Assembly: GCA_026936335.1 (NCBI GenBank)
Contig: JAPMXV010000041.1
Location: 62,001 to 126,000, forward strand
Source: Mantamonas sphyraenae STR306
Taxonomy: Eukaryota; Protista; CRuMs
Length of the DNA stretch: 64,000 nucleotides
Direction of reading: 5' to 3'
This document shows, one piece after another, positions 50,490 to 61,299 of this stretch (positions are counted from its first letter, which is position 1; each line of letters starts with the position of its first letter). The notes under the pieces were generated by a model. It was given only the letters and a program-made list of their open reading frames with translations, was not told the origin of the DNA and searched no databases. Position numbers and translations under genes: made by a program.

Positions 50490-53400
50490 ATGGTGCGTGA
50501 TGGTGCAGGGTGTGTGGTTTGTGGTTTGTGTGGATGTGTGTCGCTAACATGTGCGGTGTGCGTGTGTGTGTGTGTGCAGTCGCACGGGATCCAGCAATTC
50601 AGCGAAGAGGAGCAGGAGAAGTTGCTGAAAGATTGCAGCTCGACGGTCAAGGCGCAGGGGTACTACATGAAGCGGTGTCTGGTGAGTGCGCAGCGTGGCC
50701 ATGTTGCTGCAGAGTGGATGATTCGAGGGCAGGGCACGAGAAAGAGCACAGAAGCTTACATTGAACTGTGTGCATGGACAGGACGCGCACAAGCTGATGG
50801 ATGCGCTGAAGCACGCGAGCAACATGATCGCCGAGCTGCGCACGTCGATGCTCAGCCCCAAGAACTACTACCACGTGTGTAGGTTGAGAATTGTGGCTAC
50901 GGTGGCCTTGTGGTCATGTGTTGCCCGTCTGGCATTGTGTGGTGTGCATGGACGGTGGCGCCAGAGTCCACGCAAGCCCCAGCTGGGGTCTTTTTCCCTC
51001 CCTGGGTTTGGCGCACCCTGCACGCACATGACGACGCCGTGTGGCCTCTTGATTGGGTGTAACGCAGGCGTGAGATGCATAGGCACAGGGTAGCAGGGAC
51101 ATGTGGTCGTGTGCATGCGTGTGTGTGGCGCATACGGGAACCGGAGGCGGGAGGCTGACACGGCATTTTCTACGCTGGGCCCCACTTCTGGGCGACATAC
51201 CACACAACGGCGGGGTCGTGTGCACACGAAATGGTGTGTGTGTGGAACGGCGTGTGTGTGTGTGTGCGTGTGTGTGTGTGTATGACCACAGACTGCCTTG
51301 TGTTTGACGAGCTGAACCTGCTGGAGCAGTATCTGGTGGAGGAGCAGAAGCGAGGCAAGCGCATTGCGGAGCTGTACGAGGTGGTTCAGTACGCAGGCAA
51401 CATCCTGCCGCGTCTGTACCTCCTGGTCACGGTGGGCTCCGTGTACATCCGTTCACAGGAGGCACCAGCCAAGGACATCCTGCGTGACATGGTGGAAATG
51501 TGTCGCGGCGTGCAGCATCCCACACGAGGCCTGTTTCTGCGCAACTATCTGCTCACGCTGTGCAAGGACAAGCTGCCGGACACCAACTCGGCATACATTG
51601 GCAAGGGAGGCGACGTGAACGACAGCGTGGATTTCATCCTGCTCAACTTTGTGGAGATGAACAAGCTGTGGGTGCGCTTGCAGCACCAGGGCGCCGTCAA
51701 GGACCGCCAGCGACGCGAGACGGAACGCAAGGACCTGCAGTTGCTGGTGGGCACGAACCTTCGTCGTCTGTCCGATCTGGAGGGTGTGACACCGGAGTTG
51801 TACGAGAACACGATCCTGCCGTCGATTCTGGAGGAGATCATCCGCTGCAAGGATGTCATCTCGCAGGAGTACATCATGGAAATCATTTCGCGTGTGTTTC
51901 CCGACCACTTCCACCTGCGTACCATCGACCAATTCCTGGGGGCGTGCACGCAGCTGCAGAGCGCGGTGGATCTGCGTCGCATCATCACCTCGCTGATCGA
52001 CCGCCTGGCCAATTACATCAAGACCACGGAGAACAAGTCGGCCATTCCGGACGACCTCTTTGCCACCTTTTCGTCCTACGTCAACAAGGTCATCCAGTCG
52101 CGTCCCAAGATGCCCATGAGTGACATGCTTGCCCTGCAGGGCAGTCTGCTGAGCCTTGTGTTGAGCACGAGTGAGTTTGTTTGGTGGGGAAGGGGGGAAA
52201 GGGGGGAAGGGTGAGTGTGTGATTAGGGCCCCCACTGACACAGGCAGCGCACAAAAGACCCCGATCGCATCGACTACGTGGACGGGATCCTGGAGTTTAC
52301 GACGACCATCCTGGGCAAGCTGCCAGAAAAGAGGCTGGAGAGCTCGACGTGCATCTCTCTGGTGAAGCAGATGCTGATGAGCCCGCTGGCGACGTACAAG
52401 AACATCCTGACGGTGCTGGATCTGTCGCACTACGGCAAAACGTTGGAGTATCTGGACTTTTACACGCGGCGCGACGTGGCGGTGGCGCTGTGCAACACGG
52501 CCATCCGGTACCACAAGACTCTGGAGGACCCTGAAAAGGTGCACTTCCTGTTTACGTACGTCAACGTGCTGCTGGAGGACCAGGACGACTTTTCGGATGC
52601 CATCTACGACGACGAGGACTTTGCAGAGGACTTGGTGCTGACAGCCAAACTGGTGAACCTGCTGTACTCGGAGTCGCCGGAAACGATGTACAGCTTGCTG
52701 AAGGTGGCCAAGTCGCACCTGAAGAATGGCGGGGAGCGTCGTGTGCGCAGCACCATGTTGCCGCTGCTGTTCCGCTCGCTGATGCTCACCAACCTGATTG
52801 AGGAGGCCAACGGAGAGGAAGAGGGCAGTGCCGGGGTGGCATCGCAGAAGGCATACAAGTTCATGTCGGACTGCGTGACGGCAGTGTCGGAGGTGGATGC
52901 GTTCCTGGGCATCAAGATGATGCTGCAGTGTGCGCAGAACGCGGCGTCGTTGTCGTACGAGGACATTGCGTACGACTTTATGGAGCAGGCCTTCCTTGTG
53001 TACGAGGGAGAGAACGAAATCAAGTGGCAGTACGACGCCGTGGTGCTGATGATCTCGTCGCTGCAGGCGATGAGCGGGTTCAGCACCGAGTCGTACGAGG
53101 CGTTGGCACAGAGTGCGGCCGGGTATGCCATCAAGCTGCTGCGTAAGCCGGACCAAAGCAAGGCAGTGTGTCTGGCCACACATCTGTACTGGACGGCGGA
53201 GGACAGCGACGGGGAAGGGGGCTACCACGACGCAAAGACGGTGTTGAAGCTGTTGCAAAAGTCGATGCGTGTGGCAGACAAGTGGGTGGATCCCAAGGTG
53301 CAATTCCAACTGTTTGCAGAGATCCTCAACCGCTTCCTGTACTACTTTGAGGCGGGCAACGAAGAGGTGGCAGAGTATGTGAACCAGCTGATCGAGCTGA

Positions 53401-53546
53401 TCGACACCAAGATGGAGAGCTACACAGAGGCCGCGGAGGATCTGGACGAGGTCAAGGACTTTGTGAGCAACACCATGCGGTATGTGAAGAGCAAGCAGGA
53501 GGGAGAGGAGGCTGCCAAGTGGAAGGCGATTGTGGTGGGAGCATGA
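50490..53546 (+). CDS. VPS35: Retromer subunit VPS35, 5 exons
   Basis: [83 protein letters not shown]; AATAAA at 53593-53598. Confidence 0.97.
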
Positions 53547-53619
53547 GCATGAGCATGAGAGCTGTATTTTTCGTTTGTGCGTGAACGCACTCAATAAATG
53601 CACTCAAACTCACATAAAA

Positions 53620-53770
53620 TACTTGACCATGTCCAAAAGTCGGCTTACTTCGGGACAAATGGCTCCCAGGGCATCGTTGCTGTCTGCCCTGGGCACACCG
53701 AGCGGTGGCTTGCGCTCGGTGATCTTCGCAGCTCCAGTCGTCGATGGAACTGCCCTCACATCCTGTTCAC
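53620..53770 (-). ncRNA. Candidate Fanzor omega-RNA scaffold / element end
   Basis: Four consecutive hairpins directly after the Fanzor stop: 53728-53753, 53696-53721 (perfect 9 bp), 53665-53693 (perfect 9 bp) and 53627-53662, then CAAG-TA and AT-rich host flank. Confidence 0.7.
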
Positions 53771-56700
53771 TCACCCTTCCGTACCGGTGGTGACTTGATC
53801 ATTGGACGTGGCTGTGGCTGCTGCTTCCTTCTGTCTGCTGAATGGCATGGGTCGTTGTCCCGATTTGATTTGTTCAACAATGATCCAGAAGAATGCTTCG
53901 CAGGAGTGCTGGTCTCGCTGCATCGCCACGTGCAATGGAATGTCCTCGTCGTTGTGGATTTCCCGTTGCAGCAGCGCAAACAACGTCTGCTTTCTGGTGT
54001 GGTGATTGCGCGACTGGTAGCCGCATGTTTTGCAGAACTGGAGCCTGCCCAGGGGTTTGCGCGACACATTGGTGTTGAAGCTGAGTGTCGTTCCACACCT
54101 GTGCACACTGGATGTGCCATACTCGTCCAGGTCCTTGACCACGTTGTAGTACACGGCCAGCTTGTCCAACACGTCGCCCGTCCGTCCGCCGAGGCTTGAT
54201 TGTTTCTTTCCTCCCACCACCAGCACGTGCTGTTTTGGCATCCCTCTGTTGGCCATGAGTTTCTGTGTCTCTTCGATTGACCGTTGCAGGAACTGCGCCT
54301 GGATACGCGTGCCATGCCTCCGTCGTCGCATCTCGTTGTGCGTCATCGTCGGGATCGTCATCTGGAACACCTTGTTGTTGTGTGTCCACATGAGAACCCA
54401 TGTGTCCCGTGTGACGCCCCAATCCACCAAGGCGAACAAGGTGTCGTTGACAATGGACACCCACTTCTCCTCCTTCACGGTGTCTCCGTCGTTGCCACCG
54501 GGGTCATCGACAGCACCAGCATCCACCTCGCTCTCCTGTGCCTCGCCCTCGTAGTTGCCGCCTGTATCGTCGTCTCTGCCCTGTGCACTGTCCGTCCCTG
54601 GTGCCGCACCCACTTCACCTTGTTGTGTCTCCCTCGACGCCGACCCGATCGTATGAAACTTGCTGACCCCCCGGGACCCAACGTTCCGTCCAAGGTCCCG
54701 CAGGCGCCCATACTCCGACTTGTTCACGAAGGGAGCCATCCATACGGGCAGGGTGTTGGAATACTGCAGGATGTTGGTCGCTGCTGTGAACAGTGGTCCG
54801 GAAACCTTGTTGAGTCGGTTTTTCCCAGTGTCCTTGTCGCTGCTCTTGTTGTTCTTCGCTCGCGTTTGCATCTCTGCCTTGATACGCCAGAGATGGGTCA
54901 AACACTCATGCTCAATCTTGGCCACCAGTGCGCTGTGCGTCTCGGTGTCGTTGTGGGCGAGCGGGTCTTGGACCAAGGTTTTAGGATAGAACACGATCGC
55001 GGCTGTCCCGGCCGACGATACGTGCGTCGTACCTTTCCAGTGGTGCAGCTGAGTAGGACGCATTCGCATCACGGCTGTCGTGTTGGCCGCAACGCTCGCA
55101 AACATGTCGTCGAACAGCGAGGTCGCGTCCTCGCCCAACGACGCCCACCACCTCGACACTGCACAGCGCACCTTTTCGGGGAACTTGCCTTTGTGCGTCT
55201 TCCACAGCTCCAGCACTCTCTTCCAGGTTGCTGTGCTGATCGAAAGCGCCTTGCCGTTCTCTCCCAGCGTCACAGCTGCCTTCACTGCCTGCCATTGTGT
55301 GTCGTTCTCCAGCAGGAATGGGATCAGCATCGTCTTGGCGTCCTCCGGAGCGAGCATCATCCCCACATCCGCCTCCTCCAGTGTAAGCTGCGGCAGCAGG
55401 TTGTGCAGGATGCAAAGCGGCGCGTTTGCCAACGCTTTCGCCTTGTGCCCCTTGCTCTCGGTCGCAAGCATCGTGCCGTTCGGATCGATGGCCTTCAGCA
55501 GCTCCCTCGCCTTCAACAACAGCATGCGGTAGCTCCTGGATCGTCTGATCTCACCCGCCTTGGTCACTGCCTGTGTTTGCGCGTTTGTCCGTTTCTGCGC
55601 CGCTTCAGCTGCGTGGGCATCGTAGGCAAACCCCAGGGCAGCCTTGCACACACCATGGCGTGTGAATGCCTTGTGAACGCCCCCGTTTGGGTGTTCTTCA
55701 CTTGATGCGTCGACAGCTGCAAGCAGGGCAGCCTCGCGGATACCCTGCGCTCCCGGTTCTTGTGCTTCAGCGTAATTAACCAGCAGAGTCACGTACAAAA
55801 GCGCCCTCTTGCTGGTCACCACTTGCTTGAGCCTCGACGTCACCATGTTGGCCAGGAGCCAGCGCATGCGAGTGGCCGCAGCACCCAGGTGGCTGATGTC
55901 TGGGGCAGTGCAGTCCACGCTGCATGTGTTGCCGCCGTCCTTGCTCACAATGCGTCCTGTCATCCTGTCCACGTACAGTTGTCCCTTCACCTTTGTCAGG
56001 ACATCCCACACGAGGCCATCTTTTGACGCACTGGTCATGTACTTGACGGCAGTTTCAATTTGGGTTTGGTTGCATCCCTGAAGGACACCGACAACCGCAT
56101 TGACAGCCGTCAGCACACATGGGACAATGTCGTTGTATGTGTCCGCCAGGCGCTGAAGAAGCTGGTCTTCGCTTTCGAGAGCGTGGAACCCGAGGTCACC
56201 GAGTTGGGCGACATTGTGAATTGCCCCAAGGCCAATGGGAATGGTGGTGTCTTTCACGCCTGCGTCGGTCATAGCAGTTTGGATGAACTCGGTCACGTCC
56301 TGGATCAACAGGTCCTGGTCATCTGGTGGAGGCGCGCTTCTTGAGGTGCGTTTGCGAGGGCGTCGCTGCAGTTGCGTCGTGTCGTGCTCAACGCTCTCCT
56401 TTGGCATGTCATCCAGCGAGCCTATGGCATGGGCAATGCGTTCTTCGCCTTCGTGTGCTCCTGTGTGAAACGCCGCCGCGGTTTGAGTTTCGTCGTACAG
56501 CGAATTCTCTGCCAAGCTGTTCAGGTCTGCCTCGGTGAACTCGATTACCTTTTCGAAGGTATTGATGTCGTGCAGGAGCACACGTGCAGAGCAGTGCCCA
56601 TTCAACGCATCGGCTTGTGCCCTGAGGACCCGCTGGAGTGTGACCACCTGTGAGTGCGCCACGCCCATCTCTACGCCGCTGGAATCCACATGACCCTTTG

Positions 56701-59541
56701 CTGCAAGGTTCTCAGCCATATAGTCCACCAGGTAGTCCCAGACGTGGTGTCTGAACGCCTCCATGTCCATCGCGGCTGCAGTCCCTTTGCCTGGGTTCTG
56801 AACGTGTTCGGCGCGGAGTGTGGCCAGATTATGAAAGACACTCACGGCCTTGTCGTCCTCGTCATGCATGATGGATGCCAATGCCATCTCTGGCTCCTCC
56901 AGCTTGAGGTAGAGCTCCATCTTTCCAGACAGCGTGGCTGTGGCGCTGTGAAGCGGACGGTGTGGGAGGATGAACCTGGCACCGCCGTCGACAAACAGAG
57001 CCGTCCGCACGGCCGCGCACATGCACGCCCGCCCGCTTGTGCTCTTGATGGCCTTGCCACCCGATACAATTTCGATGTTGATCTCTGCCCCGTTCAGTTC
57101 GCCACATAGAAGCAGCAACGTCCCGAGCCACTGCTTTGCCCGTGGAGACGTCGAGTGCAGCCTGAAAACGGTGTTGTCCGTGCTGTTTCTGAGCAGCTGT
57201 ACGATGGTGGCTTCGTCGGCTGGGGTGTGTTTCTTCAAGGCCTTGGCGAGCCTGAAGTAGGGCCTCATCTGCCCCGCCTTCTTGCCGTTGTAACTCCACA
57301 TCCTGCTCGACGAGATGAGCAAACGGCGCTGCATGCTCGCTGTCACGCCTGGGGCACCTTCGATGATGGCGTCATGAGTTGCGATCCCCAAACACACGCA
57401 AGCCTGTGTTGTTTTGTCCGGCCCACCGACCTTTCCGAACGCGTACGAGCCCAAATCCACCACGTCGATGTACTCCCGCTTGTCCGCTTCCTTGTCATTC
57501 TTCTCTTTGTTGGCCTTTTCTTCTTTCGCCTTCTTCTCCTTGGCCGTCACCAGCTGTTCAAGCGCCTTTTGCGACGTGGTGGGTTTGCCCGGCAGGGCAC
57601 CGCGTAACGCCGCAAATCCTTGTTCATCCTTTTCCTTGGCACCCTTCTTGAGCATGTTGTCGCCAAACGTGTAGCAGACAACGTGCACCTGGTGTGCAGC
57701 ACCGTTGTTTCCACGCACATACATCATCTTTGCGTTGGCGAGCGAGTACTCCAGCTGGCCAACCAAGTACTCTTCGCTCGCCTGCAGGCAGGCCTGTTTC
57801 TCCTTTTCGCGCTGGTTCTGTTGCTGCTCTCGCCTCTTTTCTGCAGCACGCCTTTTCTTGTTCCGCTTGCCACGGCCACCGCCACTTGCTTTGCGCCGCT
57901 TGTTGGAGTTGCTCCCCGTTTCTCTGGTGGGAACGGCGGGCATGGGCAACCTGGTGATTGACGACTCGTGTGGACGCACCGGCGCAGCAGCAGCAGCGTA
58001 TGAGCATGGCTCCGTGGTCCCGACTGTCGCGTGGACGACACCAGGCAAATTGGGTGTCCACTCGACCGAGCTAATGGCGTCGTCGTTGAACTCGAGCCAC
58101 GTTCCTGTGTGGATACGCACCATTGCAATGTAATGACCGGCGTTGGCATCTTCGGATGGGTGGTACAGCATCACAGTGTGCACTTGCGCCGCAACTTTCA
58201 CAGCCAGGTTGCTGGCAACAACTGCGCCGTTTTCGTATCTTCCGTGGTTGTACGTGTACACAGCAGTGGGCGTGGAGCGCAACTCAGTCGTACTCTTGCC
58301 CTGGATCGCGGGCTTACTCTTGCCTTGGATCGGGGTCTGTGGGCACTCGCTGCAGTTCCATTCAAACGTCCCGCCTTGGGTAATTGGATGAACCGGATGA
58401 TCAAGGAAGAATGCCTCTGTTTTGCGCGACGAGAGCTCGTGCTTGCACTCCGGGCAAACGGCATCCGACCTCACAACGACGACGCCACAAGGCAGCGCCC
58501 CGAGGTCGTCCAGGGGGGTGTCTTCGCGTACCGCTTCGAGTACCCCATCCACGAATTGTGTGTGCCCTTGGATGAACTCTCCGAGTGTTAAGAGTCTGGG
58601 AAGGGACAGTGTGTGTTGGCTATGGTCAGCGACGGAACGGCGTTGTTGGAACGACGATCGCCAAAACTTACGCCTCTGTGGACGCCTGTTGCTTGCGCAT
58701 CTTTTCTCCGCGCTCGGTGGAGAACCACGCATGGAGCAGAATTGCGGCCTTGGAGGCCGCGTCCTCGTCGTTGCGTCCGTTCCCCATCATGTGTGACCAC
58801 AGACACAAGAGAGAGCGGAGTTGCCAAGTGCGCTGAATTGTCTGAGTGCTCCAGTCGCAGATGCCTCTGCCGAGTGCAATTAGGAGGACACGTACGGCCA
58901 CAGTCATGTAGCACAGTACCGCGCGCACGTTGCTGTGTTGGTGGTAGGGGAGGGGAGGGTGTGTGTTGGTGATTTGGGGAGGGGAAAAGAGTGCACCTTG
59001 CACGCTGCACGCCAGAGGATGACACCACGGGAAATGCTTACCGGATACCGCGACGTGCATTCAACATGTGTTCCACCACGGGGTTGGCCCCAGCAGAGTA
59101 CTCTCCCTCGTCGTCAGCACCCAACGTCTCGAAGAGAAACCCGACAACACTCTGGTCGATTTGGGGCGCAAACTCCTCACACAGACCGTTCACGGCGGAA
59201 TGGATGGTCTGCGGTGCATCTTGTTCCTGTGCAGGCGTGCCCCCAGTGTCTACTACAACAGGTGTCAGCGCTTGGCGCGCAGCCGAAAAACGAAAACACA
59301 GGCAGGATAACGCACAGCTGCGCTCCAAAAACGCAAAACACGCTGATGGGGTGCTAGATTGCCAATCAAACTCATCACTGGTCGGCTCCTGATGGTGATG
59401 GTGACTCCCGACATCGGGAGGTGTCGGTGCGAAAGTCGATTCGTTCTCCGCGGCGCCAGCTGCCGCCAGCATCCGTTCTGCCACCCTTCTTGACCGGCGA
59501 GGCCCAGTTGGGGCAGTGTTGCCCGGCGTCTCGTCACTCAT
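53771..59541 (-). CDS. USP (peptidase C19)-Fanzor1 fusion protein, ~1861 aa; exons 59541-59042, 58932-58672, 58595-53771
   Basis: USP Cys box GIRNVRAVLCYM, QQASTEALL, two CxxC, His box GHYIAMVR..W.EFNDD. RuvC-I LVDWG, RuvC-II VLVVG...DEYGTSSVHRC, CKTC, RuvC-III QRD, C-terminal GQRPMPFSR. Both GTAAG..CAG introns are phase 2 and keep the frame (5586 nt total). Confidence 0.8.
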
Positions 59542-60237
59542 GGTGTTGCGTGCCGGGTGGATACGTTGTCGACGCCCGCGCCAAAATCCGAATCCTGAAT
59601 CCAACCCATTCTCATATCCACCTTCATGCTGCATTTCCGACACGTACATACACTACAGGACACGGAGATTAGATACCGGAGTTGTATGACATAGCTGGTG
59701 GTGTCAGATGCACCCGCCTGGGGAGCCGCCAATTCGATGTGCGCTTGCGCTCGTCCAGTCGATTCATGGGTCGTGAATCCATACCACGCGCACGCCAAAC
59801 ATACGCGGAGTATCTACATACCCGCTCTGGTCATCGGTAATCATCCAGCCAGTGTGGAACGAGATTGGCCAAGGCTGCACGCCGTGCCAATTTCAGCGCA
59901 CTGGTCCGGCGCCCTCAACCCTTGTCAGCGACCTGTGCTTCAGTCAGTGAATGCACGCTCACGGCCCGTAGCAGCAGATCAGATCAGCTGCCGTGTTTAC
60001 CCGGATGCAGTTGTTTTGGTTTCCCGGACGTCGCACGGGAAGACAACAGCAGCAAGCGAGGCGGATGATGTGCAAACCCCGTGATAGTGTGGATCTTTAT
60101 CGGTGTGCACGAGGCCCCTACGGTGCCGTGTCTCACTCAAACAGACGTCATCGACGGGAACACAAGCCGTAAATGCTGTGCAATTTCATCGCAGGTGTGC
60201 CAAGCCGTCCCGTCGTTCTTTTGCCACCTGGAGAGTT

Positions 60238-61168
60238 CCATGTCGGTTGTGGGATGCCCGGGATGGTGTACAAGGAGCGTGGGACACCGTGCCGGTGGTT
60301 GCGTTGGAGATCGGCAGCGAATGACCCCGGCGCTGGACAACCTTCCCATTGCGTCCCTTTCGTAATTCAAAGTGTGCTCCATGTCGGTTGTGGGATGCCC
60401 AGGATAGTATACAGGGAGTGTGGGACGCCGGGTTGATGCTGGCGTTGGAGATCGGTGTGGTGAATGATTCGTGTGCAGAACAGCCCTGCCATTCCGTTCG
60501 AACCGAGGTTGGTAGAGTGTTCCATGTCGGTTGTGGGATGCCCGGGATGGTATACAGGGAGTGTGGGACACCGGGTTGATGCTGGCGTTGGAGATCGGTG
60601 TGGTGAATGATTCGTGTGCAGAACAGCCCTGCCATTCCGTTCGATCCGAGGTTGGTAGAGTGTTCCATGTCGGTTGTGGGATGCCCAGGATAGTATACAG
60701 GGAGTGTGGGACGCCGGGTTGATGCTGGCGTTGGAGATCGGTGTGGTGAATGATTCGTGTGCAGAACAGCCCTGCCATTCCGTTCGAACCGAGGTTGGTA
60801 GAGTGTTCCATGTCGGTTGTGGGATGCCCGGGATGGTATACAGGGAGTGTGGGACACCGGGTTGATGCTGGCGTTGGAGATCGGTGTGGTGAATGATTCG
60901 TGTGCAGAACAGCCCTGCCATTCCGTTCGATCCGAGGTTGGTAGAGTGTTCCATGTCGGTTGTGGGATGCCCAGGATAGTATACAGGGAGTGTGGGACGC
61001 CGGGTTGATGCTGGCGTTGGAGATCGGTGTGGTGAATGATTCGTGTGCAGAACAGCCCTGCCATTCCGTTCGATCCGAGGTTGGTAGAGTGTTCCATGTC
61101 GGTTGTGGGATGCCCGGGATGGTATACAGGGAGTGTGGGACACCGGGTTGATGCTGGCGTTGGAGATC
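60238..61168. repeat. 143-bp tandem repeat, ~6.5 units, with A/B alternation (286-bp higher-order repeat)
   Basis: The unit start CCATGTCGGTTGTGGGATGCCC occurs at 60238 (diverged), 60379, 60522, 60665, 60808, 60951 and 61094. Confidence 0.97.
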
Positions 61169-61299
61169 GTGCAGGGTTTTCACATATTGTGCTTGGTTCA
61201 CTCCCCACATGAGCCGCTTTCCAAACGCAGAGCATGGTGGTCTATGGCAGCCTTGTGCAGATGTCCACGCGATGATGATGCCGCCATGGCCTTTCTTGG

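Noticed and set aside
51028-51165. Possible C/D snoRNA in VPS35 intron 3 (ATGACGA...CTGA)
   Set aside because: No properly placed terminal stem and no recognisable rRNA guide.
59800-60130. Continuation of the transposase catalytic domain beyond the array
   Set aside because: No DN..H or SPxxNPIE-type motif readable in any frame.
60238-61168. CRISPR-like repeat-spacer array next to a RuvC nuclease
   Set aside because: The would-be spacers are identical or homologous between units and the unit is 143 bp; this is a tandem repeat, not CRISPR.
60137-61235. Three overlapping 258-357 aa minus-strand ORFs
   Set aside because: Products of the stop-free repeat unit cycling through frames; no protein-like features, so not called as CDS.
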